From Octopus sinensis (taxonomy: Eukaryota), in contig NC_043020.1 of NCBI RefSeq assembly GCF_006345805.1, positions 23,622,001 through 23,686,000 of the forward strand: 64,000 nucleotides of DNA, written 5' to 3'. This document shows positions 53,482 through 64,000 of the stretch, in pieces (positions within the stretch are counted from its first letter, which is position 1; every line of letters begins with the position of its first letter). Both the position numbers and the translations under genes were made by a program. The notes under the pieces are model-generated. The model saw nothing but the letters and a program-made list of their open reading frames with translations. It was not told where the DNA came from and did no database searches.

Positions 53482-53572
53482 TTTTAGCTGATGAGTACGG
53501 GACACGTTTATATGCTGTAATTTTTGCAACTTTTAATAAAGCCTGTCCTTGTATGAAACGATTGTACTAAAA
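53482..53572 (+). ncRNA. Type I HHR motif in the inverted pLTR
   Basis: Same motif as 52898-52988 on the opposite strand. Confidence 0.75.
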
Positions 53573-53761
53573 ACCTATCCATTCTTGTTGCTTCTTTCTC
53601 GCTTATAATCACCCCACATTACTGTATTGTTAAAACAGTATAGTTTTTTTTGGTGCATCTAAGTTAGGTACCATATTCAAGTAAATTCATTTAAATTAAC
53701 TTGAATCTTTATTGCTTTTTAAATTTATATATATATATATATATATACGTATGTATATATA

Positions 53762-54005
53762 CTGGTGTGTGCAAAAGCAGGTGGTACAGTTACGAAAAAT
53801 GAAAACATGTGCAATGCTCATTTATTTTTTATCAAGAATATTAAAAAGTTACGTTAAACGTGTCATTTCAGTTATGATAGATTTTTTTGGTGATAATTAC
53901 ACTGAAAATATCAAAATTTAGCCAAACAATAAATTTTATGACAAAAAATGAGTATTGTACATGTTTTCTTTTTTCATAACTGTGTACCTACTTTTGCGCC
54001 CATTG
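53762..54005. mobile_element. Tc1/mariner-type MITE with ~60-bp imperfect TIRs
   Basis: CTGGTGTGTGCAAAAG...CAATGCTCATTT versus the reverse complement of the right end; TA on the left, TG on the right. Confidence 0.65.
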
Positions 54006-54019
54006 TGTTTTTCTTTCTT

Positions 54020-54077
<58 letters not shown>

Positions 54078-54078
54078 C

Positions 54079-54171
<93 letters not shown>

Positions 54172-54192
54172 CCTACCTACCTACCTACCTAC

Positions 54193-54261
<69 letters not shown>

Positions 54262-54265
<4 letters not shown>

Positions 54266-54977
54266 AGCTGAGTTTATCGTCAATATTGTCACGCCTCCTT
54301 CCTTCAAACGGGAAGGAAGAGCTATTTTCACCATCCTTCTGACTATGGCGAAATAATGTATCTGGTGGACGCGTCTTAAAGGATTGTAGACAAACACTTT
54401 CCTCTCTGGTCAACCTCTCATCAACTTCTTCAAGTACCACTTGAAAAAGAAAGTGAGAGTAGAGAGACAAGTTTTGTCTATCGAACGTTTTAAAAAAAGA
54501 TGGGTGAATGTAGCAAGGATGGCACGTATGAATGACGAAGCCACCTTGAGCATAATCCTATGAACCCAGAAATTGAAAACAGAGGGTTACCCACTTGCAA
54601 ACAAATGTGGTAACATATAACAATATTGACCAATGTTACCGGGGTCTTCTTCGTAGGCTTTTCTTCCCACGGATAAACCTTACTTGTTTTCCCCTTTACA
54701 CCATACATCATGACACTGTGATACACGATTCCTATTGATCGTTTTTTTTTCCTCTCCCCCTTTTTTCCTCTCTTTTCTTCTTTTTTCATTTTTCTTTTCT
54801 TTTTTCCCTTTTTTCTTTTTTTCTTTTCCTTTTTTTTCCCTTTTACGATCCCTTTTGATCGAAAAACTATTTTTTTTTCTCCCCCAAAAGAAAAGCTCTA
54901 CATTGTAACTTGTCCCATCTGTGTGGCCAATAAAGCCCTGTGTGGCCAATAAAGCCCTGTGTGGCCAATAAAGAAAC
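54262..54977 (+). mobile_element. L1/Tx1-type LINE 3' fragment, fourth copy
   Basis: Matches 32821-33568; TATC arrays at 54020-54265 and 54978-55160; triplicated 3' terminus. Confidence 0.85.
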
Positions 54978-55159
<182 letters not shown>

Positions 55160-55345
55160 CTTTATCAGTCTGTCTAAATATATGTAATTGTGAGTGAATT
55201 ACCATGAAATTGCACCTTTAAAGTTAATCTCCGAGGCACAAGTCTGGTACGATTGTAAGTATGTATGTATGTATGTATGTATGTATGTATGTATGTATGT
55301 ATGTATGTATGTATGTATGTATGTGTGTATATATAAGTATGCATA

Positions 55346-55755
55346 CCGGGGTTGGACAAAATAATAGGAACACCTTGAAATTTCAAACAAATCTATTTCA
55401 GTATGGGTTAGGACCACCTTTGGCAATAATTACAGCTTGAATTCTACAGTCTCCAGCTCTTGTAGTGATGATGGTGGAGGATATCAACTCCTTACTTGTT
55501 TTTTCTAAAATGCACCATAAATGTTCAATAATATTGAGATCTGGGGACTGTGGTGGCCAGATAAGATGTTCAACTTCACTAGAATGTTCCTCGTGCCATT
55601 CAGTAACAACTTTAGCTGTGTGAATTGGTGCACTATCATCCCGAAATATTGTGTTTCCCTCCGGAAACAGTTCCGCAACCATCGGATGAATTTGATCTGA
55701 TAGAATGCTTAAATAGTCTTGACTATTAATTCTGCCATGAAGGAAAACCATTGTG
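55346..55755 (-). mobile_element. Tc1-family transposon 3' fragment
   Basis: IFRDDSAPIHTAK...WPPQSPDLNIIEHLW (DD34E C-terminal part); TIR end TA|CCGGGGTTGGACAAAATAAT. Confidence 0.85.
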
Positions 55756-55863
55756 CCGGCGGATTTTCAAAATATAGTCCTCACCAGCTTATCTATTCAC
55801 ATGAACAAGCATATCCTAGAGAATATGCGCTAATCCACGTGGAAATTAGGGTCTACAATTTAT

Positions 55864-56167
55864 ATCACGTGACCACGTGACCGACCAGACCATCAGATGT
55901 TACACATCGCTGGTCACAATGCGTTTGCATTGTTTTAGCCTTCGAATGACGCCACCCCGCTGACTAAGCGAGCAGGCCAACAGAAGAAAGAGAGAGAGAA
56001 AGAGTAGTGAAAGAGTACAGCAGGGATCACCACCCCCTGCCGGAAACTTGTGGAGCTTTTAGGTGTTTTCGCTCAATAAACACTCACAACGCCCGGTCTG
56101 GGAATCGAAACCGCGATCCTGCGACCGTGAGTCCGCTGCCCTAACCACTGGGCCATTGCGCCTCCAC
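55864..56167 (-). mobile_element. Type C SINE, full length
   Basis: Matches 37626-37932. Confidence 0.85.
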
Positions 56168-56460
56168 AATTTATATAATACACACGATTGCCCTTCGCTA
56201 TTATATACAAATAAGTATGCAAGTATTTCTATAGGTAGTTGTATGCACATACACATACACATTTTTTAACATGTACATAGTTATGTATGGCTGTGTAGGC
56301 GCAGGAGTGGCTGTGTGGTAAGTAGCTTGTTTGCCAACCACATGGTCCCGGGTTCATTCCCACTGCGTGGCACTTTGGGCAAGTGTCTTCTACTATAGCC
56401 TCACGCCGACCAAGACCTTGTCAGTGGATTTGGTAGACGGAAAGTGAAAGAAATCTGTCG

Positions 56461-56491
<31 letters not shown>

Positions 56492-56578
56492 ATTTAGGGT
56501 AAAAATTGATATTTATCAATTAGAACCAGTGGTCTAGCATATTAAAAAAGAATCCGAAGATTAAAATATTTATATATA

Positions 56579-56906
56579 CCAATTAAGGACTGCACACGAA
56601 AAGTGGACAGTCAACATGCTAGATATAGACGTCAAATCGCCATTCTCCACAAAAAGTTGGCATTTAGTCCAGCAAATTACATTTTATATGGGACCATGCT
56701 GACGATGCTGCACTTTTCCTTGCGGAAAATAACAGCTGAAACTAAATTTAGTACATGGGGAAATATTTATTTCGTATATTTTTCACTTGTTTATTACTTT
56801 GGTTTTGTTGAGTTTGATCTGAGAACATAAAATTTTGTGGAGAATGGCGATTTGACGTCTATATCTAGCATGTTGACTGTCCACTTTTCGTGTGCAGTCC
56901 TTAATT

Positions 56907-56908
<2 letters not shown>
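56579..56908 (+). mobile_element. Fold-back mini-element with 76-bp perfect inverted ends
   Basis: 56579-56654 is the reverse complement of 56833-56908; TA context on both sides. Confidence 0.8.
56694..56758 (+). ncRNA. Type I hammerhead ribozyme motif
   Basis: CCATG CTGACGA T GCTG...CAGC T GAAA CTAAATTTAG TA CATGG. Confidence 0.8.
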
Positions 56909-56986
<78 letters not shown>

Positions 56987-57780
56987 GATGTATGTATGTA
57001 TGTATGTATGTATGTATGTATGTATGTGTATATGTTTTTGTGTCTGTGTTTGACCCCCTCCTAAATTCGCTTGACAACCGATGCTGGTGTGCTTACGTCC
57101 CCGTAACTTACTGGGGTCGATTTGCTCGACCAAAGGCGGTGCTCCAGCATGGCCGCAGTCAAATGACTGAAACAAGTAAAAGAGTTAAAAAGTGTATATA
57201 TACTTACATACACATACACAGAGACACACATATCAATACACACAAACTCACACACGCACTCACATAAGCACACGCAGACTGTCATGCACACATATAATTA
57301 TAGTCATACATACGTACATACGGACTTCTTGCGATTACTTACGCATAGATGTATATACACACATACATACTCACATGCAAGCACGCAAACAGTTCCTATG
57401 CAGCCATGTTTTACGAGCGTACAAAAGTACATTAGCATATATATGTTGGTGGGAAAAACAATAGCGTGTAATAAAATAAAATTTGATGTGTTTGAACCAA
57501 CCAGGTCGGATTAAGTTACTGAGTTAAATAAAACCAAGAATAAAGAATGAAGATTATATGTTGAGCGATAATGACGAAAGAAGAAAACTATATGTCTATG
57601 TATATATATATATATATATCTATATATATATATATATATATATAGATATATATATATATACTATATATATATATACATATATAATATATATACATATATA
57701 TATATAATATAACATATATATATATATATAATATATATATATATTACATATATATATATATATATACATACATATATATA

Positions 57781-57819
<39 letters not shown>

Positions 57820-57917
57820 TTATATATATATTATATATATATACACATATGTACATACAGCCACAACTCATATATAAATACAATGTATACGTATATAAGT
57901 ATGTTCCTATGTATGCA

Positions 57918-57964
<47 letters not shown>

Positions 57965-58227
57965 ATATATATATATATATATAAATATACAAATGCACAT
58001 ATATATATGCATGTATATATATATATATACATGCATATACATATATGTGCATATGTATATTTATATATATGTTTATATATATATATATGTCAACGTACGC
58101 ATGAACAAGTTGGAATCACACCTATATGAGCACACGTATGCATATCTATTTATACAGTCATATCAACCAATATAAGGGCAAAGACGCACAGTCAGATCGA
58201 ACCACATTGATATATATATATATATAT

Positions 58228-58284
58228 ATATTAAGCTGATAAGAACAGATACTACACTTTGATCTTAACCAAAAGGCCGAGAAG

Positions 58285-58288
<4 letters not shown>
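58228..58288 (-). pseudogene. RNU2: U2 snRNA 5' fragment (about nt 1-61)
   Basis: ATTGCTTCTCGGCCTTTTGGTTAAGATCAAAGTGTAGTATCTGTTCTTATCAGCTTAATAT, with the GTAGTA branch-recognition sequence; TA arrays on both sides. Confidence 0.9.
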
Positions 58289-58315
<27 letters not shown>

Positions 58316-59369
58316 CTATATATATATAAATACACATACACATATGTGTGTGTCTGTGTTCATATGCATGTATAACTGTATGAATGTGCGTATAGAAACG
58401 TTTGAACTTTTACGATAGGAAGGTGGGAACACTTCATAAAGGAGAAAAATAAAAGAAACGAAAATAGTTAATGAAACTCTGTAGTTATCATGTCTAATCA
58501 AATGAAAATTTATCAAAAAATATCTAGCAGTTTTTTTAATTCCTATCTCAAGTATTTAGATTATGGTCTGCTTTCAGTTTGACATAAATGATAAGGTAGT
58601 CTATATTTAAAACCTTTGCAACGACAGTTTCGCACAGTGTTGCACATTAGTGAATAACATGTCATTCTGAGGAAGCATATGTACTTTTGCTAAGTAGTGA
58701 AAAAACATATGAAATGGGAAAGGAGTGTATATGTTTGTAGTTTTTTGTCTTAAATACATGTTCAGTCATTCTTTGTAAATCCTCGGTAGAGAGTTGTGGT
58801 TCAGGTATATTACAAACGTTGGTAAAGTGATATCGTTCAATAGATTAATATATTTATGTAGGTCTAACCAGACTGTTACGTATGTTTCAAAGTGGTGAAA
58901 TGCACAGCTCTTTTGCAATATACTACAGTTAAGGAGGATCATATCGGCAGACAAAAAATGTAGGTTTTCCCGTACGCGTGAGACTCGAACCTACTTGTGT
59001 CTGTTTACGCAACCAAATGTACAACCTCTACATCAACGCACCAACCTGATTCTCTGTCTCAGATTTAAGAACTATAATTAGTTCGTAGTTCTTTTTTGTA
59101 AACAAACTTTTATGTGCTTTCACGGCGACAGTTTTGTTAAGCAGCGTCGATTTTTACAATTCTCTAAATTATAATTATTGTATTTTATAAGCTTAAAGCT
59201 TATAAGCAATCACTGCGCAATGACAACAGAAAACAGTCTAATAGTGGCGTATATAAGCCCTCGACAGAAGAAGTAGGTTTTTCCTGTACGCGTGGGACTC
59301 GAACCTACACCTCTTCGTTTACACAGCCAAGTTTGCTACCTTTTCTGGCAGAAAGAAGTAGGTTGATGC

Positions 59370-59725
59370 GTTGGTGTAGCTTGCTTGCCAACCACATGGT
59401 CCCGGGCAAGTGTCTTCTACTATAGCCACGGGCCGAACAAAGCCTTATGAGTGGATTTGGTACACGGAAACTGAAAGAAGCCTGTCGTATATATATATGT
59501 GTGTATATATATGCTTGCGTGTCTGTGTTCTTCTCTCCCATGCCAACATCGCTTGACAACCGATGCTGCTGTGTTTACGTCCCCCGTAACTTAGCGGTTC
59601 GGCATAAGACACCGATAGAATAAGTAAAGCTTACAAAGAATAAGTCCTGGGGTCAATTTGCTCGACTAAAAGCGGTGCTCCAGCATGGCCACAGCCAAAT
59701 GACTGAAACAAGTAAAAGAGTAAAA
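59370..59725 (+). mobile_element. Type A SINE
   Basis: Consensus body and tail. Confidence 0.8.
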
Positions 59726-59775
59726 GAATATGTGTGTGTGTGTGCGTGTGTGCGTGCGCGTGTGTGTATACACAC

Positions 59776-59817
<42 letters not shown>

Positions 59818-59896
59818 GTGTGTATACAAATATTGCTTATATATATACATACACGCACACACATACACACATATAAATGATGTTTTATTCTATGAG

Positions 59897-59946
<50 letters not shown>

Positions 59947-60664
59947 ATTTACTCATAGAATAAAACATCATTTATATGTGTGTATGTGTGTGCGTGTATG
60001 TATATATATAAGCATGTATGAATATATGTATGAAGTTGTATGTGTAAAATGACTAAAAATGTGATGTCGGCTGCCGGTGGGAATAGAAGCACGTGCCTGT
60101 CACGTCGTATACCGCGGACATCTTCACTGAATGCTAAAATTCGTTACTGAATAATGTAAGCTATCAACTTTGCACTTATAAATAATTTACAAGTCACAAT
60201 AACATTATTTTATTTGCATTCATGTTTTCCCCTTAAAAAGCCTTTGGCAACTGGCAAACTACGGAAATACGAAAACACAGAAATATTTATGAGCGTTGTG
60301 ATAAGTTCGAATTTATGCTTCTAGGTTACGTCTATTATAAGATACAGCGTCGGTTGCTAAATTGCCAGTGGTAAAAATATTGCAATAATTACCAATCAGG
60401 CTTTAACATAAAAAGTAAAGAGACGTGAGTGACTATTACCATAATGAGTTTTGTTTTATTGATACCCTGAAGAGATACAATGTTCTTATGGCTTAACTCT
60501 TTTAATCAATTTTACGACATGAATTATTGGCAAAATTGTTGTAATAAATGCTTTGCGGTTTTTCTTTCGTTTTTTATTTTAACGTTCTAAAACCATTAAT
60601 TTGTTCTTTATTGAAATTACATATAGGCGTAGGATTGGCTGTGTGGTAAGTAGCTTGCTTACCA

Positions 60665-62792
60665 GACAGACGTGTTGTTTTTTGCTCCTGCAAATGTCAC
60701 GTGTTTGAACGTGAAATGTTGAACTTTTGACTCGGCGACAGGTAAGACGTTCTGTATTTTTAGAAGCATAGTGAAGTTTATTGCTTGCTTAATGTTATTT
60801 AGCAGTTAACGTTATCTAGCATTAATATTTTTTTGCGGGTAATAGACTTCACTTTACTTCAGATATATTTCTCTGCCTGTTGTCGTGTCTAAGGTCTCAC
60901 TCTTTAGTGAGAATTGTGCTTTTTGAGGAGGCGTAGCCCCTCCGCAAAAATTAATTTGTTTGCTTGTGTTTTACTACTTCGCAAGAAAATTATAAAAATA
61001 AGCCACTATTGGATTACCTTTCGGACCCATTTTTGTGGAGGTTGTGTTGCAGTTGCAGCGTTCCAGGTTCAACCCAGGCCGGGAGTACCGCAAGGCCAGA
61101 AATTTTTGCTGTGTTTTTTCTGTTTATTAACTTTCTTTTGAACTTCATTTAACCCCCCCTTTTGTTTTTTTTCTTTATTGCGACTTTCCGTTAATTTCTT
61201 CCCTTCTGTTGTGCTTTCTCCTTTTTGTTTTTACAAAAATCTATCAAATTTTATTTGGACTTTTGAACTTTTTCTTCCTGCTTTTGAGTTTAATTTGAAT
61301 ATATTTAAAAAAAAAACATGGCAATGAAAAATAACAAAATTTTGGAGTGGGAAATCATACCACCTAAAAAGTGGTTAAAAGACCGTGAAGATAGGACGGT
61401 GGTGTTGAGAACCTACTCCAAGGCACTTGACACCATCGCCCTATTCGAAAAGACGGCAATTGAAAAGGAGTTGGAAGAGTATTTGCCAACAATTAAATTC
61501 ATTTCCAGGGGTGTCAAATATGCAACGGTGTGGTTGCTATTGACACCCCTGAAGAGGCTTGCAAATTTGCTAGCAAACCCTTGGAGGGTAAGGAATCTTA
61601 TTCCTGCCCACGTACAAAAAAAAAGAAATTGATGAAAGCTTGGATCTGCGGACTGCCACCCGACATAGAACCCGAGTGGATAGAGGAGACTATCCGCCGG
61701 GGTCTGGGTGACAGCGAAACTAAGCTCCTCAATGTAAAAGTTCTTCCTGCGGCTGCTTGGGTTGGGTCAAAAGCAATTTTAACCCTGTGGACCCAATCAG
61801 CCAATCTGGTTCTTCCAGATTTTTTGAAAATGGCCGGGTGCAGGTACCCGGTGATGCTTGAGGGTCGCCCCCCTAAGTGTCATCGGTGCTTGGAGTCCGA
61901 CCACATGAAGAAGAACTGTCCTCGGGAACAAAATAGGATCCCGGAACAGTTAAGTAAAACCCCTCTAGAAGAGGGAACGGCAACGGCCGAGAAAGAAGAG
62001 GACTCCTCAAACAGAGGCCGAAAGAGGAAGGTGAGCAACAGTGGGTGCTCACCAAAAGATAATAGGGATGAGGAGAGGAAGGCGAATCTTCCAGCCACGG
62101 AGGAGCGCACCCTCCCTCAGTTGAAAAGGGAATGTCGCGGAACTACGTCGGTTGGGATTGTGCCACCGACAAGAGAAGGAATACCGTTGGCGGAAACTGT
62201 GCCGCCAACGAAAGAACTGAATGTATTGGTCCTCTTCTATAGAGGAGGAGAAATTGAAAAAGTGATGGAAGAGCACTACAAGGGAGCACCTTTAGCCTTC
62301 ACACAGGACCCCGAATGGCCTCCGCAGGTAGCTGTGGAGGCCGTGGCGTTCGACGTGACGCTAGGGCTCAAGGAGCTCAATGAAGATTATAACTTGGTCC
62401 CGGGCGACGCGAACTCGGAACTTGACTACGTTCTGAGGGAGGCGTGGTTGATGGTGGAGGCGCGGGCACAAGCTATTTCGAGGACGATATGTATATTAGT
62501 AATGGACTTAAGTCCAAAAATGAAAAATTGTAAGAGGATTAATACCTCGTTTTGTATTAATAATGACTGCTAAGTCCAAAAATTGGAAAAATTGTAAGAG
62601 GTTTAATACTCGTTTTGTGTTTATCTTTTAAAAAGAACAATGTTTTAGAGAAGCAAAAGTCGGCGGGCGCTTTCTGTCTTCTCCCATCCTTATCATCTTT
62701 CTTTCATTATCATTCACTTCATTAATGTCCTCGTCCAGTCCGCAAAGCTAACTTAATCTGTGTACTGCCTTTATGGCAAATGTTTTGAAATA
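60665..62792 (+). mobile_element. ORF1-only non-LTR retroelement (HAL1-like)
   Basis: 17-bp TSD AAGTAGCTTGCTTAC(C/T)A at 60648-60664 and 62793-62809; ~650-bp 5' UTR; single ORF; ~220-bp 3' UTR ending in AATAAA. Confidence 0.75.
61318..62573 (+). CDS. L1/Tx1-type ORF1 (gag-like) protein with a CCHC zinc knuckle; one frameshift near 61510-61530
   Basis: ORFs 61318-61632 and 61530-62573; KAWICGLPPDI (RRM-like) and EGRPPKCHRCLESDHMKKNCP (CX2CX4HX4C). Confidence 0.65.
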
Positions 62793-63069
62793 AAGTAGCT
62801 TGCTTACTAACCACATGGTTCCGGGTTCAGTCCCAGTGCGTGGCACCTTGGGCAAGTGTCTTCTACTACAGCCTCTGGCCGACCAAAGCCTTGTGAGTGG
62901 ATTTGGTAGACAGAAACTGAAAGAAGCCTGTCGTATATATGTATTCTATCGGTCTCTTTTTGCCGAACCGCTAAGTTACGGGGACGTAAACACACCAGCA
63001 TCGGTTGTCAAGCAATGTTGGGGGGACAAACACAGACGCACAAACGTATACACCACACCTACATATATA

Positions 63070-63114
<45 letters not shown>

Positions 63115-63176
63115 TGTCTGTGTGTGTGTGTGTGTGTGCGTATTTGTGTATACGTTTGTGCGTATATATACACACA

Positions 63177-63210
<34 letters not shown>

Positions 63211-63280
63211 TATATATTATATGTGTGTGTGGGGTGTGTGTTGTGTGCGTGTGTGTGTGTTACGTTTGTGCGTATATACA

Positions 63281-63350
<70 letters not shown>

Positions 63351-63829
63351 ATTATGTGTGTGTGTGTATACGTTTGTGCGTCTGTGTTTGTCCCCCCCAA
63401 CATTGCTTGACAACCGATGCTGGTGTGTTTACGTCCCCATAACTTAGCGGTTCGGCAAAAAGAGACCGATAGAATAAGTACTAGGCTTACAAAGAATAAG
63501 TCCTGGGGACGATTTGCTCGACTAAAGGCGGTGCTCCAGCATGGCCACAGTCAAATGACTGAAACAAGTAAAAGAGAGTAAAGAGTATGCGCTCCATACC
63601 TTTTTTAACAGGTGAAAAGCGGTCCTTGCCTTACTTATTCTCGTCTTAATATCTTCGTCGGTGCCGTCTGAAAACGTTATCTTACTACCTAAATACGTAA
63701 ACTCGGTTACATCCTCTAGTTAACCGGTTTCTAGTTTAATACGTTCGCGGTTTTCTTCATTAATGTGCATAATTTTTGATTTGTCGCGGTTGACTTTCAA
63801 TCCTAGTTTGGCAGCTATTGCTTCTAATT

Positions 63830-64000
63830 TTGGCGGCGAGCTGGCAGACACGTTAGTGCGCCCGGCGAAATGCTTAGCGGAATCTCGTCTGTCGTTACGT
63901 TCTGAATTCAAATTCCGCCGAGGTCGACTTTACCTTTCATCCTTTCGGGGTCGATAAATAAAGTAACAGTTTCGTACTGGGGTCGATGTAATCAACTTAG
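63830..64000 (+). mobile_element. Type B SINE, runs off the window end
   Basis: GGCGGCGAGCTGGCAG head, TCTGAATTCAAATTCC B-box. Confidence 0.8.

Larger units (their letters stand above)
48243..53720 (-). mobile_element. Near full-length Penelope-like element with 5' inverted, 5' direct and 3' direct pseudo-LTRs
   Basis: Direct repeat 48243-48718 / 52868-53340; inverted repeat 52751-53130 / 53339-53720; (TA)n at both ends. Confidence 0.9.
56297..57190 (+). mobile_element. Type A SINE split within its internal (TA)n by a fold-back element
   Basis: Head 56297-56462, tail 57030-57190. Confidence 0.75.
60626..63585 (+). mobile_element. Type A SINE interrupted by a 2.1-kb insertion and carrying an inverted duplication of its tail
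   Basis: Head 60626-60664, resumes at 62793; 62943-63052 is the reverse complement of 63365-63475. Confidence 0.8.

Overview
Repeat-dominated, AT-rich eukaryotic DNA with no recognisable host protein-coding gene. The SINE families, microsatellite load and the gene order of a mitochondrial insertion fit an octopus (cephalopod) genome; this assignment is by recognition, not a database search. Contents: (i) about 35 tRNA-derived SINE copies or fragments of at least four types, plus many microsatellites that explain most ORFs in the six-frame track; (ii) two Penelope-like elements (PLEs: RT + GIY-YIG), one near full length on the minus strand (48.2-53.7 kb) with three pseudo-LTR copies, each carrying a hammerhead ribozyme (HHR) motif; (iii) several short (230-430 bp) elements, mostly in (TA)n, that carry minimal HHR motifs, including U3-A8 and G3-C8 covariants of the C3-G8 core pair, and often an inverted copy of their own 3' end that makes them look like MITEs; (iv) four 3' fragments of an L1/Tx1-type LINE, each embedded in (TATC)n; (v) a 2.1-kb ORF1-only LINE-like element with a 17-bp TSD inserted in a SINE; (vi) an old NUMT (cox2-trnD-atp8-atp6) split by a SINE; (vii) a 61-nt U2 snRNA 5' fragment in (TA)n; (viii) piggyBac, Tc1/mariner, CR1 and RTE-like relics; (ix) a ~7.6-kb tandem duplication with an internal deletion (possibly an assembly artefact), a STAT/kB-motif-rich minisatellite and a 100-N gap. 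All alignments and RNA folds were done by eye, and no activity has been tested.
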